DNA of 64,000 nucleotides, from NCBI GenBank assembly GCA_964016885.1, contig OZ024747.1, positions 74,462,001 to 74,526,000 on the forward strand. Direction: 5' to 3'. Source of the DNA: Eledone cirrhosa (lineage: Eukaryota). Each line of letters starts with the position of its first letter. Position 1 is the first letter of the stretch. The notes under the pieces were generated by a model. It had not been told where the DNA came from. It ran no database searches and saw nothing but the letters and a program-made list of their open reading frames with translations. The translations under genes and the position numbers were made by a program. Shown one piece after another: positions 1 to 11,772 of this stretch.

Positions 1-394
1 TATATAATACAGGAAGTTAATATACTACTTTATATCTATTATAAACGACTGCAGGGTGAGAACTTCACTTTCTTCAGCTTTATATAGGGATAAGGTTAAT
101 ACTTGTCTAGAGTTTCGTGTAACGGTAAGTTTGATGTGGGTTTTCCATTACTAGAATATTTGATATATTTCGTCAACGAGGTAACCCGATTCAAGATGGT
201 TACCAAGAATGTTCAAAGACAAAAACAGAAACCCACAAACCTTTTTAAAAAACATCTATAGCCCTGTATTTAGCACCGAATTCACTATGTTAAAAACCTT
301 ATTCAATTACTTTTGTTTTATCCAAACAAAGTATAGATAAATTTGTGCTTTTAGTTTATATCGATGTTGTAGAAGAAAAAGAGGAACAAATAAA

Positions 395-419
395 TAGATA
401 GATATATATATATATAGAG

Positions 420-486
<67 letters not shown>

Positions 487-505
487 GGGGAGAGAGAGAG
501 AGAGA
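395..505. repeat. (GATA)n/(GA)n microsatellite
   Basis: Direct reading of tandem GATA, then GA, units. Confidence 0.95.
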
Positions 506-2029
506 AAGCATTGATGATATTGAGGTGCTGATTACTTGAGAGTTCTTGGATAATAAGTGAATTTGTGATATTGCAATGGAGGTCTAAGTAGGTTCTTTCA
601 CCACAGGTACACATCCATAATGTCACATGTCGTTAAGAACATAATAACCGTAGCGTGATGGGGATAATAACCTTTTACACATACAATGAGCTGTTTCACG
701 TAATCCTTTGCTATATAAACACCAATCTCCTTGAACGCACTCCCTATGTGAGTAGCTAAACACAGTACTACTATAAGTATCTGTAAATTGTTCAGCGCCT
801 TAATTCCAAGGCTGGTGCAACTAAGTGCCATTGGTATTAACACTACAGAAACTATATATTCTTATAAAATAAGAGGAAATAATCGAACTAAAAAAATCCG
901 AGGAAATTTATCCATTAATATGTTTGTCATATTCAAAAGTAGTTAACCTCAACACAACACTTTCAGCTAACACTTCTTGGACTACAATGGTTATTTCCTT
1001 CCAGAGAATTTTTAATAACATCTGAAAAGGCATTAGCACTGTGGCTGTTCAATTGACCTATTCTATATATTGTGTATATATAAAATATCAGTTTTTTCTT
1101 CTTTAGCAACTGTCGTGGAGAAAGTTAATATTTGTATTTCCATTATAATCATTGTTCTTCCATTAAACTGCATCACAAACGTCCTTGCGAAATTTTAGCT
1201 ACATTTCGCCTTCAATAACTAATTCAACCGTATACAGGACAGGTAGAAAAACTGAAATGAGATGGTCATGATTGGATCACCTCTGTTTATTGCTCCATTC
1301 AATGGGGGTTGTCATAAGACTAAAGAACAACTACAATATAGTAATAGCTGAAACGGACATTAATAATATCGTCCTCACTCAGTAATTATCAGACCTCAAT
1401 CTAAGATAGTGTTATAAGCATTGCCCGTCATGCTCACACTAGTGATTAAAAAAATATAATGAGAGCTACGACTTCTCATTTCCCGTTTCTCTCTGGCGAC
1501 ATCAAATTTATTGTTGTGGTAGGTGAAAGTTGAGTCAAATAATATTTTATTATCAAATAAGTCTGAGATGTTACTAGGTGAGGTAAAGGAAGTAATTCTT
1601 TTTCTCATTAAACATATCATTTATCATTCTTTCATTTATTAAACAGTTTATGTTGTCTGAATAACCAACACTAACTTGCAGAACTATTCTTATACTCTAC
1701 TTATCTTTATATTCATTGTGAATACCATTGTGGCTTATTGTACTTCATTTAAATATTAATAATTTACTGGTAGAATATTTTTCTAAAATAATCGAACGTT
1801 TATATAGAACATACTTTCTGATGAGGTTTTCATAAATCTCAGTCAATGTAAGATCGTTGATTACTGCACAACTTGTTGTGATGTCATTCAGAGGAAATGT
1901 ACACCAACCTACAGACTATTGTATAATAATCTAGTAATTTACCGACCCCTTAAGGATGAAATGTAGCCAAAAGTACCTAAGATCGCGCAGGGGATCAAAA
2001 CCATCCGCCACAAACTTGGTTATCTTCCT

Positions 2030-2178
2030 TCTTGAGGAATTTCCATTGTTGTATTTTTCTAGTTTATTGTTATTGTTTCTATATTGTTTACTCTATATTT
2101 TAGTAACCCCACCCCCTCCCCCACTGTCCCCTATATGTCGGCCCTTGTGGCCAATGAATAAAACTATTATTATTATTA
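2030..2178 (+). mobile_element. 3' end fragment of the Tx1-type LINE family
   Basis: ccactgtcccctatatgtcggcccttgtggccaat...(att)n matches the 3' UTR of the full element at about 39170-39336. Confidence 0.8.
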
Positions 2179-2399
2179 GGGTGGTGGATTGACAGTATTG
2201 GCAGAGTGTCAGACACCATGCATTGCAACATAGAGTTATGGCCCTTTGCATTCTCAGTTCAAATCCCGCCGAGTTTAGCTTTGCCTTTCATTCTTACAGG
2301 ATCGATAAAATAAAGTACCAGTAATGCGCTGGGGTCGATTTAGTAACACCCCAGATTGATGGGCTTGTGCCTATAGTAGAAATTATTATTATTATTATT
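2179..2399 (+). mobile_element. SINE family A
   Basis: B-box-like gttcaaatcccgcc, central ttgcctttcattcttacaggatcgataaaataaagtaccag, tail gggcttgtgcc...(att)n; at least 8 copies in the window. Confidence 0.85.
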
Positions 2400-2984
2400 C
2401 ATTTAATTCAACTAACCAATAAATTATTGGCTTTTATTACTCTTTGGAAAACATGTTTCCATGGAATATATTTGTCCAACTGATGTGATCCCTATAGAAT
2501 GACATTGATTTCTAATCATAAAATCATTATATTTTATGCTAACACTATTAAGCGCTGCATTAGAGGTTCATCAAAAATGTCCATTCACAGAACTAAATAC
2601 GACATGCGAAAATATTAAAATAAAATAAAAATGAAAAAAATAAAATGAAAAAAATCGCAGAGCTGAGATTGACATCCGGGGCATTGTCTAATTGTGTAAA
2701 ACTGTCTAGAATTGATGGCGTGTTTTATATGTTACTAAAATGAAGTATTACGCTAGGTTTCTATATATATTTTAGCTGCATCTTCTCAATTACATTCATG
2801 TCATCAAACATCTCCATCACCTTGTTTAGATGACTTTACTCCATATTTCCATATAGATGGTACTATGCGATTATATACGTTTAGGGCTTTGGTCGGTTGG
2901 TAGACTCGGTTAAAGCGACAGACAAAATGTCTTGAGTTGTTTTAGTTTCCTCCGTTCACATTCTAAATTGCTCCCAGAGTCGTA

Positions 2985-3428
2985 AGAACTTTGGATAGAA
3001 TGCTTTATGGTATTCGTTCGGCTCTCTACTCTCTGAGTTCAAATCCCATCGAAGTAAACTTGGTCTTTCATCCATTAGGCCCCACTCGGTCATTTCCCTC
3101 TGAGGCACAAGCCTGGGCAAGGTTTGTTTTTGTGGAAGACCAGCAGTCGCCCATGCATACCAGCCTCCCCTCTCCACGCCACCGATGTTGTCCAAGGGAA
3201 AGACAATGGCTGATACAGCTTGGCACCAGTCGCGTCGCAACTCATTTCTACAGCTGAGTAAACTGGAGCAACGTGAAATAAAGTGTCTTGCTCAAGGACA
3301 CAACGCATCACCCGGTCCGAGAATCGAACTCACAACCTCTCAATTGGTCTAACCACTAAGCCATGCGCCTTCACATGCGCCTTCATCCATTAAAGGTCGG
3401 TAAATGTACCAGTCTAGTACTGAAGCCG
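2985..3428 (+). mobile_element. SINE family A copy interrupted by a family B SINE
   Basis: ctgagttcaaatccc...ctttcatccatta breaks at 3077 and resumes at about 3383 (ttcatccattaaaggtcggtaaatgtaccag). Confidence 0.7.
3078..3382 (-). mobile_element. tRNA-derived SINE family B
   Basis: Minus strand reads ggcgcatggcttagtggttag (A box)...gagttcgattc (B box)...ccttgagcaagacactttatttcacgttgctcc; flanked by a duplicated ttcatccatta. Confidence 0.85.
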
Positions 3429-3553
3429 ATTTTTCTTCTATATATCTTTATCACTTTCATTCTCTCATTCTCTCTCTCCTTCTATGGAAGAAATATGATA
3501 TAAACCAGGTTTTAAAAATGCTCTAGAAACCCACGGCTCCTTCAGTAGTTAGA

Positions 3554-6500
3554 GGACCATACACAACCCTACGACACCTTCAGGACCATACACAACGCTA
3601 CGACACCTTCAGGACCATACACAATGCTACGACACCTTCAGTACCATTCTCACCCCTACGACACCTTCAGAACTATACACAACGCTACGACACCTTCAGG
3701 ACCATTCTCACCCCTACGACACCTTCAGAACTATACACAACACTACGACACCTTCAGGACCATACACAACGCTACGACACCTTCAGGACCATTCTCACCC
3801 CTACGACACCTTCAGAACCATACACAACCCTACAACACCTTCAGGACCATACACAACGCTACGACACCTTCAGGACCATACACAAAACTACGACACCTTC
3901 AGGACCATACACAACGCTACGACACCTTCAGGACCATACACAACCCTACGACACCTTCAGGACCATACACAACAATACGACACCTTCAGGACCATACACA
4001 AAACTACGACACCTTCAGGACCATACAAAACCCTACGACACCTTCAGGACCATACACAACCCTACGACACCTTCAGGACCATTCTCACCCCTACGACACC
4101 TTCAGGACTATACACAACCCTACGACACCTTCAGGACCATTCTCACCCCTACGACACCTTCAGGACTATACACAACCCTACGACACCTTCAGGACCATTC
4201 TCACCCCTACGACACCTTCAGGACTATACACAACCCTACGACACCTTCAGGACCATTCTCACCCCTACGACACCTTCAGGACCATACACAACCCTACGAC
4301 ACCTTCAGGACCATTCTCACCCCTATGACACCTTCAGGACCATACACACCCCTACGACACCTTCAGGACAATTCTCAACACTACGACACCTTCAGGACCA
4401 TACACAACCCTACGACACCTTCAGGACCATACACAACCCTACGACACCTTCAGGACCATACACAACCCTACGACACCTTCAGGACCATTCTCACCCCTAC
4501 GACACCTTCAGGACCATACACAACACTACGACACCTTCAGGACCATACACAACCCTACGACACCTTCAGGACCATTCTCACCCCTATGACACCTTCAGGA
4601 CCATACACACCCCTACGACACCTTCAGGACAATTCTCAACACTACGACACCTTCAGGACCATACACAACCCTACGACACCTTCAGGACCATACACAACAC
4701 TACGAGACCTTCAGAACCATACACAACACTACGACACCTTCAGGACCATACACAATACTACGACACCTTCAGGACCATACACAACACTACGACACCTTCA
4801 GGACCATACACAACCCTACGACAGCTTCAGGACCATACACGACACTACGACACCTTCAGAACCATACACAACACTACGACACCTTCAGGACCATACACAA
4901 CGCTACGACACCTTCAGGACCATACACAACCCTACGACACCTTCAGGACCATACACAACCCTACGACACCTTCAGGACAATTCACAAAACTACGACACCT
5001 TCAGGACAATTCACAAAACTACGACACCTTCAGGACCATACACACCCCTACGACACCTTCAGGACCATTCTCACCCCTACGACACCTTCAGGACCATACA
5101 CGACCCTTCGACACCTTCATGACCATTCTCACCCCTACGACACCTTCAGGATCATACACAACCCTACGACACCTTCAGGATCATACACAACACTACGACA
5201 CCTTCAGGACCATACACAACCCTACGACACCTTCAGGACCATACACAACCCTACGACACCTTCAGGACCATACACAACACTACGACACCTTCAGGACCAT
5301 ACACACCCCTAAGAGACCTTCAGGACCATACACATTCCTACGACACATTCAGGACCATACACACCCCTATGAGACCTTCAGGACCATACAGACCCCTACG
5401 ACACATTCAGGACCATACACAACCCTACGACACCTTCAGGACCATACACAACGCTACGACACCTTCAGGACCATACACACCCCCACGACACCTTCAGAAC
5501 CATACACAACCCTACGACACCTTCAGGACCATACACAACACTACGACACCTTCAGGACCATACACAACCCTACGACACCTTCAGGACCATACACGACCCT
5601 TCGACACCTTCAGGACCATACACGACCCTTCGACACCTTCAGGACAATTCACAAAACTACGACACCTTCAGGACCATACACAACCCTACGACACCTTCAG
5701 GACCATACACGACCCTTCGACACCTTCAGGACAATTCACAAAACTACGACACCTTCAGGACCATACACAACCCTACGACACCTTCAGGACCATACACACC
5801 CCTACGACACCTTCAGGACCATACACAACCCTACGACACCTTCAGAACCATACACAACACTACGACACCTTCAGGACTATACACAACCCCACGACACCTT
5901 CAGGACCATACACAACCCTACGACACCTTCAGGACCATACACAACCCTACGACACCTTCAGGACTATACACAACCCCACGACACCTTCAGGACCATACAC
6001 AACCCTACGACACCTTCAGGACCATACACAACCCTACGACACCTTCAGAACCATACACGACCCTTCGACACCTTCAGGACAATTCACAATACTACGACAC
6101 CTTCAGGACCATACACGACCCTTCGACACCTTCAGGACCATACACAACACTACGACACCTTCAGGACCATACACAACACTACGACACCTTCAGGACCATA
6201 CACAACACTACGACACCTTCAGGACCATACACGACCCTTCGACACCTTCAGGACAATTCACAATACTACGACACCTTCAGGACCATACACGACCCTTCGA
6301 CACCTTCAGGACCATACACAACCCTACGACACCTTCAGGACCATACACGACCCTTCGACACCTTCAGGACCATTCTCACCCCTATGACACCTTCAGGACC
6401 ATACACACCCCTACGACACCTTCAGGACCATTCTCACCCCTACGACACCTTCAGGACCATACACAACCCTACGACACCTTCAGGACCATACACAACCCTA

Positions 6501-7657
6501 CGACACCTTCAGGACCATACACAACCCTACGACACCTTCAGGACCATACACAACCCTACGACACCTTCAGGACCATACACAACCCTACGACACCTTCAGG
6601 ACCATACACAACCCTACGACACCTTCAGGACCATTCTCACCCCTACGACACCTTCAGGACCATACACAACCCTACGACACCTTCAGGACCATACACAACC
6701 CTACGACACCTTCAGGACCATACACAACCCTACGACACCTTCAGGACCATACACAACCCTACGACACCTTCAGGACCATACACAACCCTACGACACCTTC
6801 AGGACCATTCTCACCCCTACGACACCTTCAGGACCATACACAACCCTACGACACCTTCAGGACCATACACAACCCTACGACACCTTCAGGACCATACACA
6901 ACCCTACGACACCTTCAGGACCATACACAACCCTACGACACCTTCAGGACCATTCTCACCCCTACGACACCTTCAGGACCATACACAACCCTACGACACC
7001 TTCAGGACCATACACAACCCTACGACACCTTCAGGACCATACACAACCCTACGACACCTTCAGGACCATTCTCACCCCTACGACACCTTCAGGACCATAC
7101 ACAACCCTACGACACCTTCAGGACCATTCTCACCCCTACGACACCTTCAGGACCATACACAACCCCACGACACCTTCAGGACCATACACAACCCCACGAC
7201 ACCTTCAGGACCATACACACCCCCACGACACCTTCAGGACCATACACAACCCCACGACACCTTCAGGACCATACACACCCCCACGACACCTTCAGGACCA
7301 TACACAACGCTACGACACCTTCAGGACCATACACAACCCTACGACACCTTCAGGACCATACACAACCCTACGACACCTTCAGGACCATACACACCCCCAC
7401 GACACCTTCAGGACCATACACAACCCCACGACAGCTTCAGGACCATTCTCACCCCTACGACACCTTCAGGACCATGCACAACCCCACGACACCTTCAGGA
7501 CCATTCTCACCCCTACGACACCTTCAGGACCATACACAACCCCACGACAGCTTCAGGACCATTCTCACCCCTACGACACCTTCAGGACCATGCACAACCC
7601 CACGACACCTTCAGGACCATGCACAACCCCACGACACCTTCAGGACCATACACACCC
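3554..7657. repeat. 29-bp tandem satellite, about 140 copies (GGACCATACACAACCCTACGACACCTTCA)
   Basis: Period of 29 read directly (unit starts at 3554, 3583, 3612). The long ORFs in all three + frames are consequences of a stop-free unit. Confidence 0.98.
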
Positions 7658-7776
7658 ATAAATATGAAATAAATAACAGTCAAGTACGCCCTACCCTTGC
7701 ACGTCAAACGAACACAGAATCTGTTCTCTTTTGACAATACAAGAACTCATAAATATATCAATTCAATTGTTCTGTA

Positions 7777-7986
7777 TTGTTGTTGTTGTTGCCTGTTGTT
7801 GTTGATGCTGTTGTTGTTGCTATTGTTGTTGTTGCAGTTTTTGTTGTAGTTGTTGTTGTTGTTGCTGGTTTTATTGTTGCTGTTGCTGATTGTTGTTGTT
7901 GTTGTTGATGATGTTGATGCAGTTGTTGCTGCTATTGCTGTTGTTGCAGTTGTTGTTGTTGCTGTTGTTACTGGTTGTTGTTGCGG

Positions 7987-8051
<65 letters not shown>

Positions 8052-8185
8052 GCGGTTGTTGTTGTTATTGTTGTTGTTGTTGATGATGTTGATGCAGTTT
8101 TTGCTGCTATTGTTGTTGTTGCAGTTGTTGTTGCTGTTGTTGTTGTTGTTTGTGGTGGTGGTGGTGTTTTTCTTGTTGTTGTTTT
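7777..8185. repeat. (GTT)n trinucleotide tract with internal block duplication
   Basis: Direct reading; gatgatgttgatgcagtt occurs twice. Confidence 0.95.
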
Positions 8186-8389
8186 GGATTTGAATTGTTT
8201 TATCAACTGCTGCAAAATTTTCAAGTGGTGGCAATCGATAAAAATTCAATATTTGCTTTTATTTTTCTATTGATTTTGTAATGTATTAAATATATTATGA
8301 AATCTAATTAACACCGGAAGTTGCTTGACCACGTGATATACATGTCCAGTGAGATCCGAGTGAGAGTGATACTCAGCGGGAGTTGAGTA

Positions 8390-9290
8390 GAAGGAGGCCT
8401 TGTCAAGATAAGGTTGAGTGAGAGTTTCTCTCAAGTGATAGTCAGAGGGAGTAGAGTTGAAGCAGACATTTGAAGGCAAGGTTGAGTGAGGGCTTCTCTC
8501 GAGTAGTAGCCAGGGAGAGTGGAGGTGAAGGAGTCCTTGACGAGATAAGGTTGAGTGAGAGCTTCTCTGGAGTCATAGCTAGGGTGAGTGGAGGTGAAAG
8601 AGTCCTTGACGAGATAAGGTTGAGTGAGAGCTTCTCTGGAGTCATAGCTAGGGTGAGTTGAGGTGATGGAGTCCTTGACGAGATAAAGTTGAGTGAGAGC
8701 TTCTCTCGAGTCATAGCTAGGGTGAGTGGAGGTGAAGGAGTCCTTGACGAGATAAAGTTGAGTGAGAGCTTCTCTCGAGTCATAGCTAGGGTGAGTGGAG
8801 GTGAAGGAGTCCTTGACGAGATAAAGTTGAGTGAGAGCTTCTCTCGAGTCATAGCTAGGGTGAGTGGAGGTGAAGGAGTCCTTGACGAGATAAAGTTGAG
8901 TGAGAGCTTCTCTCGAGTCATAGCTAGGGTGAGTGGAGGTGAATGAGTCCTTGACGAGATAAAGTTGAGTGAGAGCTTCTCTCGAGTCATAGCTAGGGTG
9001 AGTGGAGGTGAAGGAGTCCTTGACGAGATAAAGTTGAGTGAGAGCTTCTCTCGAGTCATAGCTAGGGTGAGTGGAGGTGAAGGAGTCCTTGACGAGATAA
9101 AGTTGAGTGAGAGCCTCTCTCGAGTCATAGCTAGGGTTAGTCGAGGTGAAGGAGTCCTTGACGAGATAAAGTTGAGTGAGAGCTTCTCTCGAGTCATAGC
9201 TAGGGTGAGTGGAGGTGAAGGAGTCCTTGACGAGATAAAGTTGAGTGAGAGCTTCTCTCGAGTCATAGCTAGGGTGAGTGGAGGTGAAGC
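8390..9290. repeat. 69-bp minisatellite, about 13 copies
   Basis: gagtccttgacgagataa recurs at 8531, 8600 and onward; the leftmost units are diverged. Confidence 0.95.
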
Positions 9291-9969
9291 ACACTTAAGA
9301 CAAGTTGTGGAATGAGGAGAAGGACCTGATAGACATGGGCCTAATCTGGGTACAGACACGTGAAAGGGTTTGCGACTGTGTTGAGTGAAGGTCTCTCACA
9401 ATTAACTGCTCCATGGGGAGTTCAATAAAATACAGATTTATGTGATAATGAGTTTTTTTTTAAATGACTTCGCCAATAGTTGTAAATTGGTGTCTTTGAA
9501 GCGTCGCATAGAAAGCATAAACCTAATTGTTTCAGCTTTCCGAAACTCTGATTTAGAATCTCACCGAGGTCAATTTTATCTTTCATTGTTTCAGGCGAGG
9601 CTAGTGGATTAGCAAAATTGTTAGAGCATCGCAGGAGATGCTTTGCGTTATCTATTCCAACTCTTTGCAATCACTAACATCTTCATGGCGGGAATCAAGT
9701 CCTTCTAGGCCTGGCTAATGACGAAGTGCACCTGGTGTGAAACAGAGTGGTAAACTGATTAAAGCAAAATTATTGTCGTGTCAATATACATAAATAAACA
9801 TTACGACTGAGAGTACAAGATTTCCTCGGACAAGACACCAGTCCATCACAGGGTTAAGCTCCCAGATATTGCTGCACTAGAACCAGACGTAACAGATAAA
9901 AGAGAACAAAGGATTTGGTTAGAGGAGGAAGACTCAGAGACTCTATCACCAAAGAAGAGGATGGGGAGT

Positions 9970-10185
9970 CCGTTCGACAGGCATCCACACAGCTTCCGTC
10001 TACCAAATTATCCTCACACCTCTTTCATCTTTTGGAGTCTATAGTAGAAGCCACTTGAGGTCGAACCCGTCTACCAAATTAACCTCACAAGCCTTTCTTC
10101 TATTCGAAGTTATATTATAAGACACTTGAAATCGACCCCGAAACTGTGTAGTTACGATGCGATCATTTTAAACACTCAGTCATAA
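9970..10185 (-). mobile_element. degenerate SINE with internal duplication
   Basis: tRNA-like head on the minus strand; ccgtctaccaaatt..cctcaca occurs twice. Confidence 0.55.
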
Positions 10186-10424
10186 CTACAATGTAAATAT
10201 GGATTATATAGTACCCCGCTTAAGGTTCTTTAATGTATTCAACAAAAAGAAACAGAGACACGAGTGACATTTATATTACAACCGTTTTCTAATGTATATT
10301 TTAAGCCACTCATGCTTGTTTCCAGAGTATTTTTAATGATTTTATATTGTAGCCCTTAAATGATTTTATCATTAAAAATTGTAATAACTTTTATAAAACA
10401 ATTTATTTTTAATTTTTATTTCAG

Positions 10425-10522
10425 ACTTTGAAAACAAATTATTAGTAAAAAGGTTATCAAATTTTAAAATGGTAAAGCCATTTATGGAACTCTCTATAAT
10501 GACAAGGATGTTGCGAAAACAG
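10425..10522 (+). other. candidate spliced exon (98 nt)
   Basis: T-rich acceptor tttttatttcAG, donor cag|GTGAGT, one open frame (FENKLLVKRLSNFKMVKPFMELSIMTRMLRKQ). Confidence 0.3.
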
Positions 10523-11167
10523 GTGAGTGCCGGATTTATGGCTATGCCTTTTAGTCACGTTTTCTGAATTTAATTCCTGCTTATGTCAATATATGTGAAA
10601 ATCGAATTTATACCAGCCTTAAACAATTATGTCTTTCTGTTATTGTTCTTTAACCCTGGGTAAATTCCGATCAAGGAGATCTATGATCAAAGGCGTTCCT
10701 TTTTATATAGTGTGGCCTTCACTTATATGATGATAAAGCGGAAATAAGATAACATCTCTTCAGGACATTATAAGCACTTTATATTTTATTTTAAGGCAGA
10801 TTACATTATAGTAATTTTTAATACGATACGGAGTGATGTAAGAGAGATTTAGCAGCTATTTCTAGCAGAGACTTTCTCGTTGAGTTCTATTATATTTTCT
10901 TTTTTTATCGCTTAGAGAAAGAAGCGCCTTTAACCTTTTTGCAGCTCCCACCTCCTCATAAAATATGTAAGAGAAAGGAAATGTTTTTATATTCTGATTG
11001 AATGCCTGGCCCGAATACTTAAAACTGATTGGAATTTACTAACGGCAAACATGAGCCAGAATGTAGTACTACACTGGAGCACAGATAATATCTACCACCC
11101 CAAAACAGAAGCGATCTCGCAGATAGGTGGCTTGCATCAAATTTTCGTATACCTTATTTCCAGCACA

Positions 11168-11440
11168 GGAGGTGCGTGGCCTAGTGGGAAGGGTGTTCAA
11201 CTTACGACCATAATGTTGCGGGTTCGCGTCCTGGACTGGGTTGTGTTTTGTTTTCTTGAGCAAAACCTTTCATTTCACGTTGCTCCAGTATACTCATTCG
11301 AAAATGAGTACCAGCAATGGGTGGGGAGTTTAAACCTGCAATGTCCTAAGGAGAGTCATGTACTCTCTGTCGTTTCACGCCATGGAAACCAAGATAAACA
11401 CCGGCCTGATGAGCATACGGGATCGCGACAGACTTTAGAC
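11168..11440 (+). mobile_element. SINE family B-related
   Basis: ggaggtgcgtggcctagtgg...ggttcg...cttgagcaa...tttcacgttgctccag. Confidence 0.75.
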
Positions 11441-11478
11441 TTATATTTCCCCCCACAATGCTTTAATCGAATCGAGGC

Positions 11479-11517
<39 letters not shown>

Positions 11518-11550
11518 TTGTGTATCTTATTACTATATATATATAGTAAT

Positions 11551-11603
11551 AAGAAATAGCCGTCGAAACGGCTTGACTCTGCCGTCGGGGTCATACTTTT
11601 TCC

Positions 11604-11605
<2 letters not shown>
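11551..11605 (+). mobile_element. fragment of the 18.2-18.9 kb hammerhead element family
   Basis: tagccgtcgaaacggcttgactctgccgtcggggtc between TA tracts; 3' half of the hammerhead with stem III retained. Confidence 0.75.
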
Positions 11606-11637
<32 letters not shown>

Positions 11638-11678
11638 GAGAGAGAGGGGGGGAGCAAGTGAGTGAGTGACAAAGACTG

Positions 11679-11710
<32 letters not shown>

Positions 11711-11738
11711 AGGAGCAAGTGAGTGAGTGACAAAGACT

Positions 11739-11772
<34 letters not shown>

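Noticed and set aside
1815-1850. CTGATGA followed by a short hairpin
   Set aside because: No GAAA/NUH or stem I partner follows.
3554-7657. CRISPR-like appearance of short repeats (also 27573-28132)
   Set aside because: Units are contiguous with no unique spacers, there are no cas genes, and the context is eukaryotic.
3624-7734. Long ORFs (234-767 aa) in the 29-bp array
   Set aside because: All three frames give the same permuted peptide because 29 is not a multiple of 3 and the unit lacks stops; no evidence of coding.
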